DNA from: Azolla caroliniana
Lineage: Eukaryota > Plantae > Polypodiophyta
Assembly: GCA_043228905.1 (NCBI GenBank)
Contig: JBHGNT010000007.1
Span: 15,748,001-15,812,000, forward strand
Length of the DNA: 64,000 nt
Direction of reading: 5' to 3'
Below, piece by piece: positions 1 through 9,007 of the stretch (position 1 is the first letter of the stretch; each line of letters begins with the position of its first letter). Position numbers and translations under genes: made by a program. The notes under the pieces are model-generated. The model did not search any database and had not been told where the DNA came from. It worked only from the letters and a program-made list of their open reading frames with translations.

Positions 1-2225
1 CGGATCCGGTTGGCCTCGTCCTTTGTCCATGACGCGTCCGGCGTCATCGTCCTTAAGAATCCCCCAATCTGCAGCCACTCCCCGTCGTACTTGCTCTCGT
101 TGAAATCGTAAAGCGCCGAAGTGCTCCCCCCCTCGGTTGTTATGTAAGCCGCCTCGAAGAAGTCCACACCGACTTCCTCGTCCTCCGAAACCATGCCACC
201 CTCGTCGTCGAATCGCGCCCTCGAAAGCATGTCGGCCATGGCATTGTCTTTCCCGGAAATGTGTCGTATTTCCGGATCCAGGGACTTGATGTAAGCTAGC
301 ATTGCTAGGTCCGGGGTAGCGCATCCGGAAACCATGCCGAGAATCAGCAGGCAGTCCGTCTCGATAATCACCTCTGTCCCGATTAGATAGTCTTTATCGG
401 CCTTCACCACCGAAATGATACCCCAGAGTTCGCGCTTAACCTGGGCGTATCCTCGCTGTCGCTCGCTGAGGACCTTCGTGCCGAACCGGATTGGGAACCG
501 AATGCCGTCCTCATCTTCTTGGTTGACGACCCATCCGATCCCGATCGGACTTGTATCTACCGTTATGTAGATGGGAGTGCCTTTCTCGTAGACAGCCTTC
601 CGGAGTGCCGGAGCTGCAGCAAGAGCCTCCTTCATCTTTTGGACCGACTCCGTATGCTCGTCTCGCCACTCGAATTTCCGCCCCTTTTTCAGCAACCCAT
701 ATAGCGGCTCGGCAACGTGGGCGTAATGCGGGATCCATATGTGGTAGAACGCGCATGCTCCCAAGAACCTCCGTACCTCCGTGACCGAGTTACAGTCGGG
801 CTTCATTGCGGAGATGGCTTCCACTTTAACCGGAGACGGTTTCCGGCCATACGGTCCGCATAGATGTCCGACGACCATGATCTCTGATTTCCCGAAGGCC
901 GATTTCTCCCCGGAGAAGGTGAGCCTCGCGTCCTCTAGCCTCTGCAGCACCCTCTCGCAGTCGTCAATGTGTGTCGCCACAAATTTCCGGCATCCGTCCG
1001 GTCCGACCGTTTCGTCCTTTTCCTCAACCGGACATCCCTTGATCGGGATGTCGTCCAAGAATGGCATGGTGGTGTCCGGGATACAATCCCGCAACACCTT
1101 GTTCATCGCATTCACCATGTGGGCCACCGAGTTCGTCCCTCCTTGTGGCAGGGTACACATCCGCACTAGGCCAAGAGGAGTTCGCATCGTCGTAATGTCT
1201 CTGCTCTCTACGGCTAGTTGGAACTGATCGTACCCCGAGTACAGATCACTGACCGAGTAGATCGACCTTCCGGCGAAGGCCTCCGTGAACTCCTCTATCG
1301 TTGGTCCGATTCCTGCGTTCCGAATGGTCACTCTGTTGACCGGTTGCAGGTCTTGAATGAAGCGCAACGTCCCGTTCTTCTTCGGTACGGTAAACCACCG
1401 GTTCAAGTACAGGGCACTCGACGGTTCGAGGATGCCCATATCGACTTTCTGCCTCAACAGCTCCATCAGCTCCGGGATGTGAGCTCTCGGTACTGGAATT
1501 GGTTTGAGATTCCACGGCACATGCGGTACCGTGAATATCACCATCGGCTTCACGACTGTCGGGTCTACGCACCCGATCTCTTCCGGTGAGAATGCGAAGG
1601 CTTTCCCGTGCCTTCCGAGCATTCTCCGAAACCGGTCTTCTTCCGCCGGCAGTAGGAACCCGCCCCCACCGATTTTGAGCTCCCGTAGCTTTCCGTCGGT
1701 GAAGGTGTGTCCTATGCAGGCTGGATCTCGTAAACTGGGGTCCGACGCGACCCCCTTGATTCGCAACTCGCTGCCCTCCGGTAAGGGTGCCGTGATTGGC
1801 CTTACCTTCCGGTCCACAGTCTTGTACTTCGTGTTAACCCGGGCCGTCCGATCCGACTCGAGCCCCCGACTAAAGTCCGCGATGACTTCGTACATCTCTT
1901 CTGAACAAACCGGTATCGTCCGGTCCTCTTTAAGGCTCTCTCCGACCACCTCTCGCAGTATTCCCAAGGTATCGTCGAAGGAGACTGCCTCCACAGTTCC
2001 GTTGATTTCCTCGCTGGGCCCGAGAACTCCGCACGCCTGAAGTCGCTCTTCCGCCCTTGTCTTTTCTCGGCCAACGACGCCGACTATCGTACACCCTCCG
2101 TTGTCAGAGAAACAAAACTTCCTACTTATGGTACAAGGTTTCTTCGGTTTCGCCTCTATCGTACATTTGTGGGGTTTTCCCGGAGTGTCCGGACTATCGC
2201 GGCCCCACGCCTTGACAACCCTCTC
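1..2225 (-). CDS. pol (RT-RNase H) of fungal-type Ty3/Gypsy element F; runs off the window, so absent from the ORF track
   Basis: Manual translation is open from 2225 to 1: KYKTVDRKVRP, PMVIFTVPHVPW, RWFTVPKKNGTLRFIQDLQPVN, DLYSGYDQ, LPQGGTNSV, PFLDDIPIKG (RT active site), ITVDTSPIGIG, YAQVKRELWG, NAMADMLSR (RNase H). Confidence 0.92.
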
Positions 2226-2371
2226 TTAAAATCCTCTCGGTTCTCGCCACCGAGGGACTCGCGGTTTCGCTCGTGGTTTGGTCGCACCGTCAGGAACTGG
2301 ACCGAATGACGCCCGTCCTGACTCTTGACCCTCGCGTAAGCCGACCCGTTGTCCAACACCTTGGTCTCCAT
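2156..2371 (-). CDS. C-terminal end of element F gag-protease ORF, separated from its 5' part by the E1 insertion
   Basis: METKVLDNGSAYARV... continues in frame from the 12589-13158 protease ORF across the TSD. Confidence 0.8.
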   Translation of the reverse strand: METKVLDNGSAYARVKSQDGRHSVQFLTVRPNHERNRESLGGENREDFKRGLSRRGAAIVRTLRENPTNVR

Positions 2372-2741
2372 TGTTGGCCGGTCAGAGAAGGCAAATGGGA
2401 AAGCAAGGTCGGATCGGATAAATATAGAAATAGGAATAGAATTATTAGGAGGGACGGATCCGGTAGTTGTAACCGATCCGGATCCGAACCGATTCGGTTT
2501 CGGTTAACGGTTGCCTACCGAGCACCGATTGTAATCTGGCCGGATGCCTATAAAAGGATCCGATGTTTTGTAATGAAGGGCGAAGAATTAATATAGTTTT
2601 GCTTATGCTGATTAATCTTGTCTTCGTCTGTGCTTAAGTGTAATTATCATACGCGTGTATTAACATCCTATCCCTACCACCCCTTTGGAGAAGTGTCGGA
2701 TAGACACCTGTGTTGAGGCTAGTCCAGCCATACATACAACA
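2372..2741 (+). repeat. E1 5' LTR
   Basis: TGTTGGCC...ATACAACA, repeated at 12214-12583; TATA box CCTATAAAAGG at ~2547-2557. Confidence 0.97.
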
Positions 2742-5700
2742 CTATTTTGGCGACCACGATTCCTGCAGAGTGCAGAGGACAACCGGGGGATGGATGTCTA
2801 GACAAAATAACGACCACATCACCGAAAGAGGGAGACGCCACGCCGAACGGCAGCGACGACGGGAAGCCCTGCAGCAAGCCGTCGACGAGATCCGGCGCGA
2901 TCGGTCATTCTCAAAAACGCTTCGGCAAATCGCAGAAGACGCACTGCAGTTCCAGGTTCTACAAGCTTCCGACGAAGGCAGTAGCATAACCAGCCTCCAA
3001 GAAGCGGAGACACTACTACAGACTCTCGCTGGCGGCGACGGGGACGCAGCGGCATTTGCAACATTAGAGGCGGATTCGGATAGCGGGGAAAGCGTGGGTT
3101 CCCGCTATAAAAGCAGGCACGAGAACAACCCCTTTGAGTCGGATCACTCAGCAACATCGGAGCCAGAGGAGGAACTAACTCTGGAGTTCGGTGACCGGCA
3201 ATCGCCGAGGAGGGAGGAGCGGATACCAACACCACCCGCGGAGGAACCGCAGGAGCGGTTATCAACACCACACGCGGAGGAACCGCAGGAGCGGATACCA
3301 ACACCACCTGCGGAGGAAACGCAGGAGCGGAGACCGACATCGGAGGAACCAGCGCAGGAGAATCAGTGGGACGACACGATGCCGTATCCGTACCCAAAGT
3401 ATCGGGATGAGCCCGACGGAGAGGCACATGTGTATGCATTCCTGCGAACATGGGAAGCCAACCACGTGTCCCAGAGACTGACGGAGCCCGAGGCCGACCG
3501 ATCCAAAGTCGCCGAATTCGGCATGACATTAGAAGGACCGGCAGCCCGGTGGCACGACAAGCACTTACCAGGCAGCTTCGCCACGTTCGAGGCATTGAAA
3601 ACCCAGTTTTTACGCTTGTTTCATAGACGAGTGGAACAAAGGGAATTGGTCGGACAATTCTACACCACTCGGCAGGGAGAAAACGAGACGGTCCCACAAT
3701 TTATCATTCGTTTCCAGACCTTGCACAGTCAATTAGCAAGAGCACCACCCGAAGAGGAGGCCAAGGCAGTCTTTTTGGCTGCGTTAAAAGACCCACTTCG
3801 AGCGATGTGTGGAATCATCGATTTCAGCACCAGCACAATGGACCAAGTCATTGATCGGGTCCTGGAAATGGACAACACGAGCCCCTTCTTGCCGATGGGG
3901 GCCTTACACCAGGCGCTTCCGAAGGAGGAGGACCTCCGGTTCCGACAAGCCCTACAATGCACAACATGCCTAAATTCGGGGCACTCGACCGTTGACTGCA
4001 CCCTGCGCGCACAGTGCATGATATGCAATTCTCGCGCCCACACAACGAACCAATGCGAGTATAACCTGTTAACTCGACAAGCGGCACCGGTCCGACACAT
4101 AGAACCGCGCAATCGGGACCCGGAAGAGGATCGATTCCGGAGGGACGACCACTACCGACGAGAACGCGGCGACAGATACCCCGATAGAAGACGCGACAGC
4201 TATGACCGAGAGGAGAACCGAAGGGATAGCTACCCCTGGGACCGGTACGACCGAGAGGAGAACCGAAGGGATACCTACCCCCGGGACCGGTACGACCGAG
4301 ACGAATCCCCGGAATATGAGCGACGCAGAGAAGAAAGGCGGCCAGGGAACCGGAATTTCCGACGGAACCAAAGGCGTGGATTCTTCCGTAGAGAGGAGCG
4401 TCGGGAGGCAACAAGGAATGACAAACCAGTAGCGGCACCGGAGAACAAAAAAACCGAGGACAACCGCCGGGGAATGCCCCTCCCCCAAACATGGGAAAAA
4501 GGAGAATCCAGCAACACGCACAGGGTGTACTGTTATTACTGCCGAAAAGAAGGGCATTACAGTAATCAATGCCCAAGCAAAACAGCCGACAAGCAGCCAG
4601 CAGTCAACATGGTGACAGCCGAAGTACAGCAGGTTACCACGCGGTCGAAAGGGAAGGCCGCCGAATGGGAAGCCCAGGAAGCAATCAGAAAACAAGCGGC
4701 ACAATGGATCAAAGAAGCCAACGAACAAGGTGCGGCGGAAGTAATAAACCAAAATATGCCAAGGGAGGAGGAAATCGTACAGCCAGGAGAAAACCCGACA
4801 TGGCAAGCACTACAAGATTGTCAGATCGTGCTGCCGTTGGCACGGTTACTGCAGTTGGTGCCGCGGTTCACAGCAGACTTACAAGCCGCCGTGAGCAAAC
4901 CGACGCCGACGCCGGCACCGGCTTTTTTCTCCAACCCGGAGGAAGGCCCAGCGGTGGTTGATACAAGTAGCCCAGCAATCACGACAATCGTCAAAGGAAA
5001 GGAGATTCCAGGAACAATTATTGACGGAGGCTCCGGGGTGAACGTCATTAGTCGACAGACATGCGACGACCTAGGCATCCAGGAGTGGGAACCATGCCCC
5101 TTCTGGTTACGCATGGCGGATACAAGCTCAGTCCGACCAACTGGTCTTATCCGGGACTTGGAAGTAACAATAGGAGGCCACGTATTCCGAATATCGGCCG
5201 TGGTACTAGAGCTGAATGTACAAGGCGCATATCCCCTACTGTTAGGACGACCATGGCTGCGAACGGCGCATATCAAGCAAAACTGGCAAAAGAATATGAT
5301 CACGTTCCGACGAGGGAAAACAAAGGTACGGGTAGCCACGCAACCACGGGTGCTCACTAGCAAGGAGGCAACCCCTTTATATGCCGAAAGCATCAACATG
5401 TTGGAGGGCTTACCGGATGAGGAAGTTGATCGGTACCTCGAGGAACACCCACAGATCGTCCCACTTTTTGAGGTGGATATCACGGCAGCGGTAGAGCCGT
5501 ACATCACAATGCCGGACGAGCCGGACAAAGTGGCGATCCGGGAACTACGCCAAGCACAGGAAGCCCTAGAAAGAGAAATGACGATATCCCAAAGGGTGAA
5601 AGCATCTCAGCTGGAAGAGGTGGACCTCGGCACAACAGAACAACCCCGACCGGTAAAAGTCGCGAAGGAATTGCCGAAGGAGGAAAAACAGGCAATGGTA

Positions 5701-8592
5701 GCACTGTTAACGGAATTCAAGGACGTGTTCGCATGGTCATACGAAGACATGCGAGGGTTGGACCCCCAACTCTACCAGCACCAAATTCATCTAAGTACTG
5801 ACGCGAAACCCATCGCTCAACGTCGGTACCGGATGAATCCAAACTATGCGGCAAAGGTGAAGGAGGAAATAGACAAGCTTCTCCGGGTCGGATTCATCCG
5901 ACCAGTCAAGCAGGCAACCTGGCTAAGCCCGATAGTGGTGGTCCCGAAAAAGAACGGCAAAATCCGGGTATGTGTGGACTACAGGAAACTAAATGCCGCG
6001 ACAGTGACCGACGCTTTTCCACTACCATTCACGGACGGAGTGCTAGATGCGGTGGCCGGCCACGAAGTTTACAGCTTCCTGGACGGATTCAGCGGCTACA
6101 ACCAAATCCGAATGAACCCGGCCGACCAAGAAAAAACAGCGTTCGTGACGGAATGGGGAGTGTTCGTCGCGGTCGTGATGATGTTCGGATTAAAGACAGC
6201 CCCTGCAACATTTCAAAGGATAATTATGGAAATCTTCGGTGATTTTATTCCCGGTTTTATGCAGGTCTTCCTAGACGATTTCGCCGTCTACAGCCGACAC
6301 GGAGAGCATTTCGATCACCTACGACTATGCTTAGAAAAGTGCCGCGAGTACCGATTAAGTCTGAACCCGGCTAAGTGCGTCTTTGGAGTCGCAAGCGGCA
6401 ATTTGTTAGGCCACGTGGTGAGTCGAGAAGGAATCGCGGTAGATCCGGATAAGGTAAAAGCAATTCTCGACGCACCGGCACCGAATAGCGCAAAAGCTTT
6501 AAGCCGATTCCTTGGTCAAATAAGGTGGCATAGTCGGATGATACGGCACCTTGCCGACTTTGCGACACCATTGCACGCTGCTGTACATAGAGTACCTTTC
6601 CAATGGACAGAAACGGAGGAGAAAGCCTACCAAGCGTTGAAGGTAATGCTGTCACAAGCTCCGGTCGTGCAGCCGCCGGACTGGAGTAAAAGCTTTCACG
6701 TCTTCGTCGACGCGTCGGACGTAGCAATCGGCAGCGTTTTGATGCAACTCACGGAACCGAACTGGTATCGGCCGGTGTACTACGCAAGCAGGAAACTCTC
6801 GAAAGCCGAACGGAACTACTCTACAACGGAACGAGAGGCATTAGGAATGGTGTACAGTGTCACAAAGTACAGGCACTATCTGCTCGGACGAAAGTTCTCC
6901 TTCCACGTTGACCACTCGGCACTACTCTACCTGGTCTCAAAGGCAGCCCTGACAGGAAAACTCGCACGATGGACGCTGCTATTACAGGAATTCGAATTCG
7001 ACATTTTCCACCGACCTGGGGTGCAGCATGCGGTAGCAGACTACCTGAGCAGACTAGAATCCGGAGAATCAGGGGACGGCGTACAGGACGAATTTCCCGA
7101 CGCCGAGCTGTTTAAGATCACGACGGCACCGGCAACGGAGACCACAGTAGCGGACGAAGACAAATGGTTAACCGAAATGCATCAGTTCCTGAGCACCGGA
7201 GTTCCCCCGGAAAACCTGGACCGAGACGAACGGAAGAGGATGGCAGTACGGAGCAGACATTTCTGCTTGGTAGGAGACACCCTCTATCACAAGGGGGCAG
7301 ATGGCGTATGGAGGCGAGCAGTGCGGAGCGATGAAAAGGATCTGATCCTGAGGGAAGCCCACTGTGGAATTGCAGGCGGGCATTATGCCGGCGAAACAAC
7401 AGCCCGGAAGATATGGCAGAGCGGACTATGGTGGCCGACTACCATGAGAGATGCCGTTAAGTATAGCAGGGAATGCGACCTGTGTCAACGACTGGGCCAA
7501 CCCACGGAGCAGGCCCGGATGCCACATCACCCGGTCTTGCCATTAGAACCATTCCAAAAGTGGGGCTTGGACTTTGTCGGCCCCTTTAAGCCACCGACAA
7601 TGCGGACCGGAAATCGTTATATAATAGTGGCTACCGACTACTGCACCAAATGGGTAGAAGCAAAGGCACTACGGGACAACACGGCGGCGTCCACGGCCAA
7701 ATTTTTATATGAATGCATATGGTGTCGGTACGGATGCCCGATTGAGCTGATCAGTGACCAGGGAGGACATTTTCTCGGGCAGGTGGTGGAAAGTTTGACC
7801 TCATTCTATGCGGTAGTACACAAACGAAGCACTCCCTACTACCCTCAAGCCAACGGATTAGCGGAATCAACAAACAAAACGCTACAGAACATCCTTAGAA
7901 AAATCGTCAATGAGAACCGGACCGACTGGGACACGAAGTTGCAGAGCGTGCTGTGGGCGTACCGAACGGCGTACAAGACCAGCATCTGGACGACCCCGTT
8001 CCGACTGGCATTCGGCTTGGAAGCAGTCATGCCAGTAGAATTCCAAATTCCTAGCTTAAGAATACAGGTTAAGGAGCGGTTAAGCGAGAAGGAATCCGAA
8101 CGAATCCGGCTGAAGATGCTGTTAGAACTGGAAGAAAATCGAATAGCCAGCCTGCTACAGCTAGAACTAGAGCAAAGGAGGAGGAAAGCCTTTGTAGACC
8201 GACATCGGCGCGGTAACGAAAAGGAATTCGAGGTCGGGAAACCTGTATTACTGTTCCAGACAAGGATGGGGAGCATGCCAGGGAAATTGCGATTTCGGTG
8301 GACCGGACCATTCTGGATCACAAAGGAGTACAATGGGTCTTACCAGCTCGGGACGTTGTCAGGAGAAGTTGTGGGCAAATGGGCAAATGGGTTTCGCCTA
8401 AAACCGTATAAGGGGCACATGCCAGCTAACCCCTTCAAGCAAGACCCGGAAAACCCGAATGGCGAGGAACCGACACCGACGCGTAACAACGACGAGGAAC
8501 CGACAACAGTGCGCACCGACCCGAACACATCGGGGGGGGAACCGAACAATGATGCGGCATATGCTTTAAAAAAAAAAAAAAAAAAAAAATAA
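2710..8592 (+). CDS. E1 single-frame Gag-Pol polyprotein (true start probably an ATG downstream of the PBS)
   Basis: Gag core, three CCHC knuckles, protease IIDGGSGVNVI, RT FLDGFSGYNQI/VFLDD, RNase H DASD..TEREALG, integrase HHCC + KWGLDFVGP/DQG/GLAE + GPF; no chromodomain. Confidence 0.97.
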   Translation: MLRLVQPYIQHYFGDHDSCRVQRTTGGWMSRQNNDHITERGRRHAERQRRREALQQAVDEIRRDRSFSKTLRQIAEDALQFQVLQASDEGSSITSLQEAETLLQTLAGGDGDAAAFATLEADSDSGESVGSRYKSRHENNPFESDHSATSEPEEELTLEFGDRQSPRREERIPTPPAEEPQERLSTPHAEEPQERIPTPPAEETQERRPTSEEPAQENQWDDTMPYPYPKYRDEPDGEAHVYAFLRTWEANHVSQRLTEPEADRSKVAEFGMTLEGPAARWHDKHLPGSFATFEALKTQFLRLFHRRVEQRELVGQFYTTRQGENETVPQFIIRFQTLHSQLARAPPEEEAKAVFLAALKDPLRAMCGIIDFSTSTMDQVIDRVLEMDNTSPFLPMGALHQALPKEEDLRFRQALQCTTCLNSGHSTVDCTLRAQCMICNSRAHTTNQCEYNLLTRQAAPVRHIEPRNRDPEEDRFRRDDHYRRERGDRYPDRRRDSYDREENRRDSYPWDRYDREENRRDTYPRDRYDRDESPEYERRREERRPGNRNFRRNQRRGFFRREERREATRNDKPVAAPENKKTEDNRRGMPLPQTWEKGESSNTHRVYCYYCRKEGHYSNQCPSKTADKQPAVNMVTAEVQQVTTRSKGKAAEWEAQEAIRKQAAQWIKEANEQGAAEVINQNMPREEEIVQPGENPTWQALQDCQIVLPLARLLQLVPRFTADLQAAVSKPTPTPAPAFFSNPEEGPAVVDTSSPAITTIVKGKEIPGTIIDGGSGVNVISRQTCDDLGIQEWEPCPFWLRMADTSSVRPTGLIRDLEVTIGGHVFRISAVVLELNVQGAYPLLLGRPWLRTAHIKQNWQKNMITFRRGKTKVRVATQPRVLTSKEATPLYAESINMLEGLPDEEVDRYLEEHPQIVPLFEVDITAAVEPYITMPDEPDKVAIRELRQAQEALEREMTISQRVKASQLEEVDLGTTEQPRPVKVAKELPKEEKQAMVALLTEFKDVFAWSYEDMRGLDPQLYQHQIHLSTDAKPIAQRRYRMNPNYAAKVKEEIDKLLRVGFIRPVKQATWLSPIVVVPKKNGKIRVCVDYRKLNAATVTDAFPLPFTDGVLDAVAGHEVYSFLDGFSGYNQIRMNPADQEKTAFVTEWGVFVAVVMMFGLKTAPATFQRIIMEIFGDFIPGFMQVFLDDFAVYSRHGEHFDHLRLCLEKCREYRLSLNPAKCVFGVASGNLLGHVVSREGIAVDPDKVKAILDAPAPNSAKALSRFLGQIRWHSRMIRHLADFATPLHAAVHRVPFQWTETEEKAYQALKVMLSQAPVVQPPDWSKSFHVFVDASDVAIGSVLMQLTEPNWYRPVYYASRKLSKAERNYSTTEREALGMVYSVTKYRHYLLGRKFSFHVDHSALLYLVSKAALTGKLARWTLLLQEFEFDIFHRPGVQHAVADYLSRLESGESGDGVQDEFPDAELFKITTAPATETTVADEDKWLTEMHQFLSTGVPPENLDRDERKRMAVRSRHFCLVGDTLYHKGADGVWRRAVRSDEKDLILREAHCGIAGGHYAGETTARKIWQSGLWWPTTMRDAVKYSRECDLCQRLGQPTEQARMPHHPVLPLEPFQKWGLDFVGPFKPPTMRTGNRYIIVATDYCTKWVEAKALRDNTAASTAKFLYECIWCRYGCPIELISDQGGHFLGQVVESLTSFYAVVHKRSTPYYPQANGLAESTNKTLQNILRKIVNENRTDWDTKLQSVLWAYRTAYKTSIWTTPFRLAFGLEAVMPVEFQIPSLRIQVKERLSEKESERIRLKMLLELEENRIASLLQLELEQRRRKAFVDRHRRGNEKEFEVGKPVLLFQTRMGSMPGKLRFRWTGPFWITKEYNGSYQLGTLSGEVVGKWANGFRLKPYKGHMPANPFKQDPENPNGEEPTPTRNNDEEPTTVRTDPNTSGGEPNNDAAYALKKKKKKK
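2748..2757 (+). promoter_or_regulatory. E1 primer-binding site TGGCGACCAC (tRNA-Arg(UCG)-like)
   Basis: Lies 6 nt after the 5' LTR; complementary to ...GUGGUCGCCA, recalled as the 3' end of plant tRNA-Arg(UCG). Confidence 0.8.
3220..3360 (+). repeat. 36-nt in-frame tandem repeat in E1 gag N-terminus (ERIPTPPAEEPQ-like, ~3.5 copies)
   Basis: CGGATACCAACACCACCCGCGGAGGAACCGCAGGAG unit repeated. Confidence 0.85.
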
Positions 8593-8691
8593 AAAAAAAT
8601 AAAAAAAAAAAATAAAAATAAAAATAAAAATAAAAATAAAAATAAAAAAAAAAAAAAAAAATAAAAAAAAATAAAATAAAATAAAATAAAA
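8567..8691 (+). repeat. A-rich microsatellite, (A)n/(AAAAAT)n, overlapping the gag-pol stop codon
   Basis: About 125 nt of A broken only by T. Confidence 0.95.
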
Positions 8692-9007
8692 TGATGACGT
8701 GGTGCTACGGTCAAGAAGATCAAGAAAATCATGGTAATGATGAAGGAGGTAGTTACAACCGTCACACGGGTGCACGAGCTATTTAAAGCACAGAACGTGG
8801 GGGGCCGAGGTATAGGATTTAAAACGCGCGTCAATGAAGGAGTCATAATGACAGACACGTAGGAGATTCGACACACGCGGCAAAGAAGCGCAAGCATGAC
8901 ACGCGGCAGCAAAGGACAGACATACTATTCATGACACAGCATGCGCAGGCGCCAAAAATAGGACATGCTATTCATGACAGAGCATGCGCAGGCGCCAAAA
9001 ATAGGAC

